Part shown: piece after piece, positions 49,641 to 63,484 of the stretch
Layout: each line of letters opens with the position of its first letter
Numbering within the stretch: position 1 is the first letter of the stretch
From: Podarcis vaucheri
Taxonomy: Eukaryota
Length of the DNA stretch: 64,000 nt
Assembly: GCA_965113315.1 (NCBI GenBank)
Contig: OZ220365.1
Direction: 5' to 3' (one strand)
Program-made: the position numbers and the translations under genes
The notes under the pieces: generated by a model
What the model was told of the DNA's origin: nothing
The model's input: only the letters and a program-made list of their open reading frames with translations
The model's database searches: none

Positions 49641-52600
49641 AAACAGTAGATTGAAAAGGCCTCAACAGGTGCTGAGGAATGGTTTATTAAAATGAGCTGC
49701 TGAAGTCCAACACATTTTGTACGCAAAACACAATCATAGTGGCAACTGTCTCTCATTTCCTCCACTGATTTGTGCTCATGAAGTTGTTGAAGTTCCTGGT
49801 TGGATTATGAATCAGTATTGGATTATGAAAAAGTTTCAATCCTAGGAATGCATTATGACCCAGCAGTTCTTCTCTGGTTGAAAGTGCAATCCAAGCCGGA
49901 GAAGAACTCCCCATTTGCTTCCCTTCTGGTTTCCTATTTACCTGGACTGGTAGTGACACTGCCCTGCACAGCAGCAAGGGTGTCTCATCTTCCATCCTTC
50001 CTTGGTGCCTTGAATTTTTTTTCCTAGTATTATTCCAGGCACCAGTGAGCACCAGGAAATGTATTTTTCCCCAGGGAACCTAAGTCCTTCATATGGATGA
50101 CAGCCATGCTAGTAACTAGGATGCTCTGGTCCTTGGAGAGTGGTGAAACCTCCAAGATCCTGCCATTGATGGAATCACTGTTATGAAAGATGAATTGGAA
50201 GAGGCCTGTAGGAGGAGTGATAGGGACCTGGCAGTTGGGGTTGGGAAAGTTGTTGTCAGGAGTGCAATAGCATCTGAACAGGACTTGAAATTGAACTGTG
50301 AATAAATAAGCTCTTCTCTAGTTTGAGAGGGAAAGAATAACTTGGTTTGTCAGTTCCAAATTAAGCTGATGTTTTTGGAGTTCAGCCACCACCACTCATT
50401 CTGATATGTAGCAGTCAGCTTTTTATAGTATCTGAAAGCTAACGTGAAGTAGCATTTTGTCAATTTTGTACTGCTTCCATTTAACCACTCGCTCACATCC
50501 AATTGATTAGGAGAGAGAACATTCTAACTTTGATGGAACATGTTGATCCTAAAAACCTGGTTGATTTTTTTTTAAAAGAAAAAAAATCAATTTTTGAAAA
50601 AATACAAATTGTGAAAGTTCAAATATTGCTAGATTGTAGTTTTTTTAAAAAAAATACCAATTTCAGCTGTAGTCTCTTTGTGTATGTTTATATGTATTTC
50701 AATCAAATTTTGACCAAATACTGATTATAGAATTTAAAATGTTGCTAGATTTTGCTCTATAAAACATCTTTCTGCTCTCCTTCTTTATATGTATAGCTAC
50801 CCATCTGTGTGTGTGTGTGTGTGTGTGTGTAACATAAAATTTGCATATTATCTGTCCCTTCACATTGCATTGCAATGCCATCCCCTTCAGTATTGCTGGC
50901 AAACTATCCTTGGAACCTTAGCAAAGGATTTCCTGTTGCTTCATCTGGTAAAGTACTGAAACCAATCCATCACCATAATCACCTAGCAACTATCAAGTAA
51001 AATCAAGAAGCTGTATCACAAGCAGCAATATATTAAACTAGCTCATACATTAACTTGCTCAAACAATGATGGTGAAAGACAAATAAACACATTCTTACTT
51101 TTCTTCATAATATGCACACATCATACGTGCATCTAAAATTCAGCCATGCTGTCAAATCATTGGAATATTACACAAATAACAAAGAATATTTCAGTGATGT
51201 ATCTATTTTTTTCCAGGCCACTTACATAAGTAATGTACTGCATAAGCAATACAAAATGACCCCTGTGACTCCCCTACCTTCATCTTGAGCTTTCAGCATG
51301 CTGACTTTAATCATATGCTTCACAGAGTTAGAACCACATTTTAAGCGGGGAACCTGATTTCATTTCTTATCCTCCATTTCTCTCCAGTAGAAACTGCATC
51401 ATATTTACTCCCAATTTTCCTCCTTCCAATTGTAATAAAAATTATAATATACCTGAAAGCATTTTTTTTAAAGAATCACATTTTTAAAAAAGAATCCAAG
51501 CAAAATCACTAGCTATGAATCAACAATCCCTTGGCTGGTCTTAGCATCTTCAAAGAGATGGATGGGTCAACCTGTTTCTGTTTCATGTCAGTTTCAGATG
51601 TATGCAGATGTGTTTATCTCACCCCAGTTTTAACACAAGCACAGAAGCGTGCTTATGAGGCAGACCAAGGGGTGCTTTTTTCTTTCTTGGACATTTTACA
51701 GCTGCTTGGAGCAACTAGCCAATCCACTGTGCTGAGAAATTGGACAGAGACAAATATGGCTGCTTCCTTGTACCTATCAGGACAGCCATCTTCCCCATCT
51801 CCTAACTATGGTTTGTATCCAATGCTACAGAATAGACCCCTTGAAATGTATTGGCATGATTAACTTAGTCATAGGCCTATTAATTTCAATGGGTGGACTT
51901 TGAGTAGTTGTCCTTCTAATACTTTGCATACTACTGACCATGGTATCCTTCTATGGAGACTGCCAAAGCTCAAAGTATAGAATACAGGTCACAAATAGCA
52001 TGCAGGTGCCAGTGGACACCCTTGCATGCACATGCACCCAGGAACCTAGGAACAGCAAAAAAAAAAACTGAAGGTGAAGTGGAGATCTCTGAGACAGCAT
52101 ACCAGGAAACTGCTGTCATCCATCCAATGGCCAACGATTGTCCAAGGCCTGTCAAGTCCTGATTTCCCTTATCTATCCGGGATGCTGATGATATAACTCC
52201 ATTACCAGAAGAAAAAAAAATACATTTATAAGCTGAAAAGGACTTGTGGGTTTTCTGCTGTTGCAAGTCCAGGGTGGAAGACTGGTCTAATTTCTCAGGT
52301 GCATCAAGTAAAGACCCCGAATCAAGACCTGCAGCCTCTAACAATTTATGGGGATTTGATGTTGGTGTGATGTGTCTAGAAGCTCAATTAACTGCAAATT
52401 GAAAACAAGTGCTTTTACTGCACAAGCCAATCTACTTTTCTGCTATATCTTTGAAGTCTAGCCTGAGTGGTACACACATGCTAAACAGTGTTTCTACACT
52501 GGGATTCTTAAAAGCAATGGCTGCCCTGCAGTTAAATTGTCTTTTGCTGAAATATAGCACAACAGCGCCCACTTTAGTGCTTTCCTTCTTAAAAGACGTT

Positions 52601-53310
52601 CTGTCAAGATCAATGGCCCTTAAAATTAAGCAATATGATACAGCAGCCAATGTATTGAGCTGGATATTAGTTAACTTGGGGCATCTTCTCGGGAATGAAA
52701 CAAAACCCTCACAACTTCAACCAAATGAAGAAGTGTTCATCTCCAGGGTAAAGTAATGGATGCAGCAAACTGCTTCCACAGGGACTATAAAAACAGGAAT
52801 TCCAGTGAAGGTTAGCAATTATAATGGATTTGTTTAAAGTACTGTGCTTCCACCATAAGAGGCAAGTTATAGCCAGGCCTTAAAAGCTTCAAAAGTTCTA
52901 AAGTAAACATTTAAAAGGAAAGGAACTGTAGTGCTGGGGAAGGCTGGAGAAATCTATCAACTCCCATTTTTGCATTCTAGTTCATGCACTGTTGTAGGAA
53001 GTGCATTAAAATGCAAACTTGAACCCAATTTCTTCCCAAACTGGACAAGGGAATTCATTGGCCTGGCTCACTCATTGAAAACATGTCTGCTTAGCTTTTC
53101 TAAAACTCCACCTCCACTTCCAAAAAGTATTTAGCAATAAAACTGAACAAAAGTCATTAGCTATCGATAACTCTTATAAGATCTTCATGAGAAGTTTGCT
53201 TTTTTTGTTCTTTCTTTACCTTCATACTTATTATTTACTTATTGTCAGAATTTTTAAACCACTCCACTTCTCTGATTAGCATCTACGCCAGTGTCCAACC
53301 ATATCTAATG

Positions 53311-53681
53311 CAAGGGGGAGGGGCTCGGGCCCAGAGGGCCAATGTGCCCCTTTGGGTCTTTTGGCTCGACCCTCGGTATTCTCCCCAGGCCACAGCTGCC
53401 CCTCAGTCACACACAAATTCCCCATGCCACACCTGTCATTGGCCTTGCTTCACACCCTCTTAAAAAGTTACCTGGCTGGAAAATGTTATTGTATTCTGGG
53501 GAAATGGTTTTGGTGGAAGATGGAGAGAGCTGTGTGAGTGTGTTTGGAAACTAGCCTGCTGCACACAGGCAAAATTCATTTGAGTTACTCTGTTTACTTT
53601 TGCCTCTGGCCCCAGCCACCACTGTCATGTGGTCCCTGGAAGGGAACGTTGCCCTTGGGCTGAAAAAGGTTCCCCACCCTG
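53311..53681. mobile_element. Older hAT non-autonomous element
   Basis: Left end CAAGGGGGAGGGG, right end GGTTCCCCACCCTG; TSD ATCTAATG / AACTAATG once the nested MITE is removed. Confidence 0.65.
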
Positions 53682-53684
53682 AAC

Positions 53685-53830
53685 CAGTGGCGTAGCGTGG
53701 GTTGTCAGCACCCGGGGCAAGTCAAGTAATTTGCGCCCCCTAACCCGTGGATTTGCGCCCCCTAACCCTAACCCCCAGATGTTGCGCCCGGTGTGGCCGG
53801 CCCCCCTGCACCCCCCACGCTACGCCACTG
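53685..53830. mobile_element. Young hAT MITE, 146 bp
   Basis: Perfect TIR CAGTGGCGTAGCGTGGG / CCCACGCTACGCCACTG; perfect 8-bp TSD CCCTGAAC. Confidence 0.95.
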
Positions 53831-54254
53831 CCCTGAACTAATGTATCAGAAAAGACATTGAACAGCAAAATTATTGAAACAAAAATACAATGTATAAAAC
53901 AAACCAAAGATCACTCACTCCCCATTGCCTGGGCATTTACGGACTGAATTCCTAAATTCCAAAGTGAAGGGAAGATCTTTCAAAATTGTGGTGCCCCAAA
54001 TGAAAAGGTCTTCCTCCCTAAAATACTTAGGCCTGCTTTGAAACTTCTCAGCTTCAGAGGATCAAATACAGGAAAGGCATTCCTTCACTTACCATATTGT
54101 ACTGCCAGTATTTTCAAATCACAGCTTCAGCAGCAATCCTCAAATCATAGTTTAAGTAAAGATTGATGCCTTGGAGCCAAAAGATGCAGAAAATATATTT
54201 GCATTGGGAAAGTGAGACTATACTTCTTCTATGAAAAATGCTTATAAATGGGAG

Positions 54255-54472
54255 TTTTATTTTATTTTATGTATTACAGTTATATCCCCCCCGTTCATCT
54301 AAGAAGCTTAGGGTGGCATTCACAGTTCTTGGCTCCTCTTTTATATGCACATCAATCATGTCAAGTAGGTAAAGCTGAGATATAATAGCTCAGAGTCACC
54401 CAGGGAACTTTATGGCTGCGAGGGATTCGGAACCTAGGTCTGTCCTAAAACAATACTCTAATAACTATATCA
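54255..54472 (-). mobile_element. Old CORE/MIR-like SINE
   Basis: AGTAGGTAAAGCTGAGA..GCTCAGAGTCACCCAG..TTATGGCTG..GGATTCGGAACCTAGGTCT. Confidence 0.55.
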
Positions 54473-56309
54473 AACGGGGGGGTGTGTGATTTGAGCCCCC
54501 TGGCTTATCATGTGCTTATATACCATTTTGCCACTCGCTCACCATACTAAACCAACAGAACTGCTAGTGTGATCCATTAAGAAATGTAATGTAAACCTCC
54601 ATTGTGGATTGATGTTTCATCAAGTCTTACTTTGATTTGGTCTTGTACATTCACCACCAACTTGCTTCTTGGCCTCTGATGTAGCCCTCACATTTCTCAT
54701 GGCTATATACCCTGCCTGTTATCTCTGACCTGTTTCACACACCTCTCTATAGATTGATCGTTACAGAGCCACTGTGAAACTTGCATGGGCTCATCAATGA
54801 ACTTCCTTACTTCCACTCTAGCAAGCTTATATGTCAAAGGAGGTTCACATACCCCTTCAGATCAGCCTATCAGCTGCAACAGGGATGTAACACTAAGGTT
54901 AATAGGTCTCTTACTTGGATATACAGAAAGATCTGCCAGTGTGTCATCATCTCTGCTTCTCAGGTCAACAGTCTTTAAGACACCTGAGCACAAGAGTCTC
55001 CAGATTATCATTTCACTGAATGCATACCATGCTGAGCGCTGGATAGTTGGCAAAGCAGCATCCACTACTGCCTTCTTTTGCAGCCTAATTCACCATAACT
55101 GAAACAAGATGTGGTGTGGGTCTTTCCCCCAAGTGTGTTTTAGTTTGAAGTTGAAACAGCAGAGATAGTGCACACAAATTATGTATTCCACAGTCAGTCT
55201 TAAGTGGTTGAGACCTTTAAGGTCATGTTTTGAAACCCATATGTGACAAAGCCTGTCTGCCTCACCTGGGTCAGCCTCTTCCCCTCGCTCACCCCACCTC
55301 CATGACACACTTGTCAGAGCCCTGTCAGTCCCTGATAAAAGTCACGAAAGGTTTACTGTACTGTATATAGAAACAAAGTGGCATTCCTGAGTTGTGAGCT
55401 TAGCTTTTCTTCCGCCTTTCCTCCATGCTTTTGCTGTAACTAGTAATGACTGATCCAGTTTAAACATTACAGATATCTATCTTCCTTGAAGTAAAGCAAA
55501 GGACCTATTCTGCAGCCCAGTAACCTGCCAAGGAGGTCATGGGTGCTGATCTTTCAGATAAGAACACAGATGTTGCATTGGCCTTCATTCAACAGGTTGC
55601 TCCTTCCCTAGAGACAGTAGATACTCCAATGACTGCAGTTGCAAAGCCCTCTTGCCGTAAAAATATAATATATGAACCAGCCCACAGTTTCTCTGTTGAA
55701 TTAAAACTGCACTATATCTTAAAAACTTAAGGCATATAGAGGGTTGGATACTCAGAAGGCAGTGTTTTTTTGGCTGACAAGCTATGTGAGTCACTGGGCA
55801 GTGACTCCTTTTTGTTTATACTGAAGATCTGCACCCCCATCCCTGTTTCCCAGCATGATAATGGTGCTAGTGCAATTGTGAAATTTTCACTCTGCGGGAG
55901 AAGCTGAATTCACAGAAATGTTTTGCGTGCATGTGTTTTTGATTGTTGAAAGGGAATAAACAGCAATGGATGGCTGCCAAGATTTCTCCAACAAACATGA
56001 TTAAAGCGCTATTAAAGCCCATAACATATAAAGCATGCCATTTCATTCTCCTATGACTGAGTGAGATATTTTCTGAAGATGCTCAGCAGGACAAAAGTGC
56101 TTTTGGAACCAGCAAGGCATGATGTGTCAGATCACATATTCATTGCATTGTGAGGCTGTGGAACAAGGTGAGATTATCAGAGCCAAAGTCAAGGGGAGAG
56201 GAGGAGGGGGGAAATGCCATTACTTCTGACAATGGCCAGAAATATCTGGAGGTCTGAAAATCTTTTGGTGTGTTACTAAAAGTAGCTAGAACTTGGTGTT
56301 AAATGTAAA

Positions 56310-56542
56310 GATGTTTAGTCATGTCCGACTCTTCGTGACCCCATGGACCAGAGCACACCAGGCACTCCTATCTTCCACTGCCTCCCGCAGTTTGGTCAAA
56401 CTCATGCTGGTGGCTTCAAGAACACTATCCACCCATCTTATCCTCTGCCGTCCCCTTCTCCTTGTGCCCTCCATCTTTCCCAACATCAGGGTCTTTTCCA
56501 GGGAGTCTTCTCTTCTCATGAGGTGGCCAAAGTATTGGAGTC
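56310..56542 (-). mobile_element. BovB LINE 3' end (inverted)
   Basis: Peptide MRREDSLEKTLMLGKMEGTRRRGRQRIRWVD..VHGVTKSRT, homologous to 9370-9760. Confidence 0.92.
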
Positions 56543-56745
56543 TTCATGGATCACTGCCTTGCCGTGGCAAAGGAGCTTGAATAACTCAGAGAAGCTATGA
56601 ACTATGCCAAGCAGGGCACCCAAGATGGACAGGGCATAGCTGAGAGTTTTGACCAAACGTGATCCACCTGGAGCAGGAACCAGCAAACCACTCCAGTATC
56701 CCTGCCAAGAAAACTCCTTGGACAAAGACAACAGGCATATAAAGT
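56543..56745 (+). mobile_element. BovB LINE 5' UTR segment
   Basis: ATGGATCACTGCCTTG..CACCCAAGATGGACAGG..GAGAGTTTTGACCAAACGTGATCCACCTGGAG..AAACCACTCCAGTATC matches the recalled BovB 5' region. Confidence 0.75.
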
Positions 56746-57199
56746 GGCTTCAGACAAGTGCAAAAATAGGGAAGAAAATTAGGAGAGGACCTAAGTCTTG
56801 CTCATCACATGGGAAGCCATATGCGGAAAACAGCTATGTGCTGTTATGTGCTACTTACTCACCCAGTGAGAAGTTCAGCGGTGCAGTGCTACTCAGGCCT
56901 GGCTTCCATTGAAGGAGAGGTCACTGGAAACTTATGGTGTTTCTGCAATATTTGGGTTTATTTACAAATGCAGAAGTACAGCATGAGTGTCTAACGGACG
57001 TGCAGCCATGTGCATCACACTGACCGTGGTAAAGGGAGTGTAAAAGGGCGGGGTGGGGTTGAACAGGGCAGAACGGGCTTGCACACACTCCACCAGTGTG
57101 TGTGGGGGTCAGGAATGCAACCCCCACACAAAACGGTTGTTGCCTGTATATATACTTTTACACAGTACAGGGTGTGGGAGACTCTCTTGCCCTGGATTT

Positions 57200-57262
57200 C
57201 TTGCATTGAGCAGAGATTTGGACTCAGTGTCCTACAAGGCCCCTTCCAGATCTTTGATTCTA
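57200..57262 (+). mobile_element. CR1-type 3' tail remnant
   Basis: TGCATTGAGCAG..TTGGACT..AAGGCCCCTTCCA..TGATTCTA. Confidence 0.5.
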
Positions 57263-57769
57263 AAGAGGAGCAAAAAATCAGTTTGCAGTCACTGTAGAAA
57301 CTGGAGGAGGGAAGAAATGCACACCTCTCCCCTCGCATTGCTGCACAGATGAGCCATTCAATCTGCAAGCTAAGACATAACGCTTGTGTTCCTTGTGCCA
57401 TCATCACTGGCTCACATTTAGAAACAGAAGGCTAAACAGCTGACTGATTGAAGAGGCCATGGAGCCTGGGCAGCCGTTGGATCTTGCCTAAGCTTTGCAA
57501 AGGATCGCATAAATGACAGAACGGCTGCCGCCACCTCTTACCTTTTCCAAATTCAAGCCATCTTTGCAAGTGACACTCCAGTTAAAACCTGCAAGAACAA
57601 GCTGCTGTGATTCCAACTCTAAAGTTATCCAAGGCCATGCATACTCGAATATATGGAAAGTCATAAAGAAAGAAACTGCAGTTTTATTAGGTTGTGTATT
57701 TGGGAGAGGGAGATAATAAAATGTTATACGGGCTGGTTTACTGCTGATTTTTAGCTGTTACTATAACAC

Positions 57770-57942
57770 TGCAGGTCTATGCTTATCTACTCAGAAATAA
57801 ACCCCATTGAGTTCAATGGGGCTCACTCACACGCAAATGTGTGTAGTGCAACTAAAGATGTAATCCTATGCACTCTTTCCTGGGAGTGAGTCGCACTGAA
57901 TTCAATACGGCTTCTGAACGGACATGAATAGGCTTGCACAGT
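57770..57942. mobile_element. Two tandem short palindromic MITE-like repeats (CCCATTGAGTTCAATGGG family)
   Basis: About 80-bp hairpin units; related copies near 35880, 37530, 45220, 47340 and 51820. Confidence 0.55.
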
Positions 57943-60029
57943 TAGTCTTTCATTACTGATTTTTTTAAATCATTTTAATTTTGTGTTGTATACTATTTGT
58001 AGGCAGATGTGATGCAAACTATTTTTAATATTAATGAAGTAAATAAATAATGCAGTCTGAATGTGCTACCAGAGTTTTTGTTGTTTTTCAACATGGGAAC
58101 TGCAATCTCCCAGAAGACATTGAATGCCATTCAGTATATGATAAATAAGTTTTTCCGGAATAATAAGAAGCCCAGATGAAAAATGAATAGAACAAAGGTT
58201 AAAATGAGGGAACTGAAGGTTCAGAATATATCTATGCATTACCAGGCAGCAATTTTAACAACTTTGTGCCACTGGTAGGAGATTGAGGACAGGATTTGCA
58301 ACTGGTTCATTGAGCAATTAAACACACCAAAGTCATTTGGACAAGAGAAGTGATTTTAATGGGGGGAAACTGCAATAGACCAAGGATAAAAGCTAAACCA
58401 ATTATAACATGTAAAGTGTTAATCCAAATTTGGGAAAAATATTCTCAAATCTTAGAACCATCTCAGTCACCTTTAAGCACATGTTTTTATAATCCAAATT
58501 TCACAGAAGTGAAGAAAGTTAGTCATTTTACTTCATGGGAAAGAGCTCAGTTAATTAGGCGTTATGAGTCACACATAAATTATGATCACTTGAGCTTCAA
58601 TGAAATAAGAGTTAAGCTACTAGATGGCTCCAATAAGCATGTAGTTAAAGGGCAAAGGAACTATGATACTTACCAATCACAAGCTGCTTTGAACAATTGT
58701 TTTGAAGTACGTAAAGATGTAAAGGTGTTATCTTAAAAATATTGTTTTTTGCTGGGTTTTCTTTATCATTCAGTGTGACAGCTCAGGAACTTTTAAGATA
58801 CAAATAGTTATGATAATTGTAGATCTTGGTGATGGCAAGGCTTGTGGTGAATAGCACTAAAAAGTTGAGAATGCTGTATTTGTTTATTGTCATAATTTAA
58901 TTCAATATACAAGGGAGAAACAAAATTATTTTAAGAGTTCATAGAGGTTGACAAAAAGAAAGAAAAGGAACAAACAATGGACCAGATTAGGAAGATGCAC
59001 ATTTACAATTATTGTCTGAATGCAGATGTTGTTTTAAGCCACTTCTCTAAATTTGGAAAGTCAAGAACAAGTGATGGACTCAAGCATATATTTCTGCCCC
59101 TTCAAACTTTCAAACGTCCCCTTAGATGGCTTAAAAGACAACTTCCTGGTTTTATCAAATCACAGTTTAGTGTGATGCCCACATCAGCAAACTGTGTATT
59201 AGTCCTCCAAACTAGGTTTCTAATCAGGATTCAACAGAAGACAAGTATCCATTTCTATTCAAGACTGTAAGAACTCTTTGGAGCTGCAAATATGACCCTT
59301 ACTCTCCTTTTCACATCAGGTATAGAAAGGAGGACTCCAGTTTCCCCCCACAGCAGTTTGAACTAAACCATGATACTGGCCACACAGAAAATTCATTGAG
59401 TTGACAGTCTACAGGAAGGTGCCTGCCAAGTCACCCATAAACTGGCATCACTCATGATGTCAGCTGATGGTGGAAGGGTGGGGCTAAATCTTTGTTGACT
59501 GTCTGCACAGCAGATCAGCAGGATTCCATGCAACCCCATTCTGTATAAACAACAGTAGTTTGCAGTGTAATTGCCTGCTAAACCAAGTCGTCCCCCCACT
59601 GTTTTAGCAGAGCTTTTGATAAAAAAACTCCTCCTGATTCAGGAAGGGATTTGTATTGGAAACCCTTGCTAAAACAAGGGGGGGGGACACACTAAGTGTT
59701 AGCAGTGCCTTGCACGATACCCCGAAGTCCTAATTTCAGGACTTGACCTTCCACCTGACATCAGATGATTGTCAGGTGGGTGGGATCAAATTTGGCCTGC
59801 AAGGCAATCCTAATAAGGTTCTAGCATAGATTTTGCAGGTGCACATACCGTCATCTGAAATAAGAACTCCAGTCTTTGTCAACTTTAGCATTCTCTTCTG
59901 AGTTTGCATCCTAGGGTCTCTGTTCTGTCCTCACAACAGCATTCTGCTCTCAGGACAGAATTCAAAAAGTAGACAGTGGGGCTGATTGGCTTGCATGCCA
60001 CAGCCATATGTCGGTCTGAATTTATAAGG

Positions 60030-60153
60030 CAGGGATAGGGACCTTGTGGCCCTTCAGATATTTTTGGACTCCAATTCCCATCAGCCCCAGAGAAGAAGGT
60101 GATTGGAGCTGTATGCCAACAACATCTGGAGGGTTGCTAGTTCTCCACTCCTG
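60030..60153. mobile_element. hAT-type MITE (family of 6367-6505)
   Basis: CAGGGATAGGGAC..CTCCACTCCTG; TSD TTATAAGG / TAATAAGG. Confidence 0.75.
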
Positions 60154-63100
60154 TAATAAGGAGGTTTTCTTTATTTAAAAAATGGCCCAAAATTCAAATG
60201 CATAAAAGATGGAAATCAGCTTCAGTTAATAGACACAGCTTTAGGACTCTTGACATTCTTCACCCTACATACAACAGGAAGGAGCCAATAACTAAAGTGA
60301 GATAGGATGGATTTTGTATGCCTATTCATTGCTGGTAGCGTGAATTAGTGCAAGGCAGCTGGCACTGTAGCAATGGCCTAAAATATACTGCTGGCATTGA
60401 ACAGCAAGTGAGCAGCCAGAAGCAATCTCTGATGAAGGTAGCATGGGATTTGGGGGACATCTTGTCAATTAATGCACAAATGATACTCATGTCAAGACAA
60501 TCTGGGACTGCAAACATTATCAGAGCATGGCAGCCCTGAGGGCCATGCATTTCCCTGAACAGCAAACTGGAAAACTTGAACTGAAACTGGAAATGGAAGG
60601 GGCAAATGCAAGTAAGCACAAAATCCTATGGGACCATCAGCACAGCCAGCTCAAACGAAAGAAGACGAATGGCAAAAACCTGTGTCTTTCAAGTCCTACC
60701 AACCTGTAGTATTCTTTGCAAACCTGGGCGGCTGCAATTGCCAACAGAGACATGGCAGGCAGAAGTGGTACCCCGAACTCTTCCTTTGCTGGTTGCTTTC
60801 CCCTTCTCACTACCAGCTCCTTTTGTTTCATGAAAAACCCCTGACATTAATTTGTAATGGAAAATGGGAATTGGAACCCCTACTGGGGGAGCAGGCAGCT
60901 GTAGGGGAATTTGAGGTGGGAAGTGAGGAGCAAAGGAAGCATTAAGCACTCTCCACTGGTATGCTACAGCTTCACTGAAATCACTCCCTTCCAGCCCTGC
61001 TTTGCTAAGAAGCAGCCAGACTTTGAAGCTTCAAGGTGAGGGTGGAATAGGTAATCATGTCCTAAAGCTTCAAGTCTTAGGTTTCTTTCTAATGTGTTCA
61101 AAAGCACCATGCAGAGGTGCCACCACATCCATTTGGGATTTCCTGACTAATGCCTTTGAATATGACCCTCACAGAGCGACATCTAGCATTCATCATTATG
61201 TCAGAAAACAAAGGGGGGAATGGAAGATTAGTCAAATATGCAAAATATCAAACTTCTACTTGGCTACCAGAGGATATGCCATCATATTAGGAGATTGGAC
61301 TTTAAAGACTCATGAAAGCAACTGTTTGGCTTGCATGAACTCGTCTGTGATTTAGTGCTGTGGTTTCTTTTGAGGTCAGGAAAGTAGCAGTACAAGATTA
61401 ATCTTCCACAGCTGCAAAAGAGGCTTGTGTCTTAACATCACCTTCTGCACCTTGTGACTCAACATTAAAATAAAGCTTAAAATGAAAGAAAGACTGCATC
61501 TGAAAATTCAAAAAACAGAGATAAGATATTTCTGTGGCATCCTTTCAATTTTGGAAAGGATAGGCATAGTTTATAGCAAGCCTATTCTTGGGTACATTTA
61601 AATTACCACCGAAAAGCAGTGTGTGTAAAGGGATGTTGCAATTACTTCTTATATTGCATGATAACCAGAACTATATAGGTGCTTCTTGTATATGGTTGGA
61701 AACACCTGGTGTGTCTCACTGGTGACTCCTGCCTCCTAACTTCACCCTGGGGCTATTTATTAGGGATCTGAATTGAATTTGGATGAATCCAATCTTTCAA
61801 GGTGGAGTTGCATCAGAGGTATTTGGGGCTTGAAGGTGAAGCAGGATCTCTACAAGATGCCATGAGTTGACACACTTTGTGGCATCTTGAAGATCTAGCA
61901 GTCAGAAACAATAATGTAGACTGATGTCTGCTGAAAATGAAATGAATGTCTCTAAGGTTACCATAATGATATAACATCAGGGTGGTGGTGGAGGAAGAGA
62001 GAGCAAACACAAGAGCTCTATTGTGATTGACAGGTTCAGTCTGTGATCACACACCACATAAATACATAAGAGTATTTGAATGCCCAACTATAAAATAAAT
62101 TAGCCTTAAATAAGAATGGAATAACCTGTAAACTTTGGTTGATAGACCTTTAAAATACTTGGAAGAAGAGACTCAGTTTGTTCCTCCAACTGGCACTTGA
62201 GAGAATTTTAAAGGGAGAGGCACTAAATTTATCTGAGCACTCGTCATGCTTGAGGAGTCTTGCATTTTCTGCTTAGATAGCTATGAGATGCATCTTTGCA
62301 TATTCAATGTTGTTAGACAACCTTCTTTCTACAGGTGATCAACAGTTATCAGCAACTCCATACGCAAGCACAACAGATGCACCATAAAGCTTCAAGAAAA
62401 TATGTTAAGGTGTCTGGTGAGTTCAGAGGATTTTAAACGTACAACAGAATGAGGCAGATTCATGCACTGTGGGGTTTAGTGCTGTGCAAAGTGGCTTGGA
62501 TTCTTAATGGTTCCTCAGTTCACACTGAGGGGACTGGGGAATTTCTATCAAATCCTTACTACATCAGCAGCCCTTGCACCATATGGCATATCATTCATAA
62601 AGATCCTCCACACATAGAACCAGATGTTTGGAGGTGTAGGAGACTGCTATAAGATGGAAAGCCCTTCTTTATGAACATAAACTCTGTTCCATTCACAAAA
62701 AGGATCCAAGCCAGTGTCTGTAACACAATGCTGCAAACTTTGCTAAGAATAAAAATTTAAAATCCCGTAGTAATTGCAAAAGGACTATCATGTTGAGGGA
62801 GGGAATGATATATCACACTAAGGCAGGGACAGTGGAAAATGTTTTCCTTCAGTTCAGCATTCACATTCTAGCAGCCAGAGAGGAGGGATGTAGAGACACA
62901 TTGCACATTTTGATGTAAATTACATTCTCTGCCCAATATAATCATCGGAAGCAATTTCTTTCCTCCCCATTATTTGTTTTTGATGCTCAGTACACTGGAG
63001 GAGCTTGTTATTTCAGACCATTTATTAGAAGTGAACTGGCTCCTCAATCATTTTAATTGTGGAAATCTAAACACTTGTGCTTATCGAGCCTGCTGTGCAG

Positions 63101-63363
63101 ATGGAAATTGAAAATGACAGTGAAGGTGGATTATGCCAAAGTTTGACAAACCCCTATAGGAATGGTTTAGCCTTTAGCAGCGGACTGGAATTGAACCCAA
63201 AGTCAGCTCCCTGACTATCAGAATTTGATTGTGTGGAGGTTCCAATCTGAAGAAAAGTCCATCCCTCTGCCCCCCCCACACACATACACACGATGGGAAC
63301 AACTCACAACAACTTGATTGCTCCTTAAAAAAAAATAATCAGGGAAAATAGGAAGCGCTGTTA

Positions 63364-63484
63364 TCATGCTGGCCACATGACCTGGAAGCTGTACACCGGC
63401 TCCCTCGGCCAGTAAAGCGAGATGAGCGCCACAACCACAGTCAGCCACGACTGGACCTAATGGTCAGGGGTCCCTTTACCTTTT
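63364..63484 (+). mobile_element. Sauria SINE, 5'-truncated
   Basis: TCATGCTGGCCACATGACC..AAAGCGAGATGAGCGCC..GGACCTAATGGTCAGGGGTCCCTTTACCTTTT. Confidence 0.9.

Noticed and set aside
51970-52756. Cluster of 70-124 aa ORFs
   Set aside because: No motif, splice structure or family resemblance that I can support
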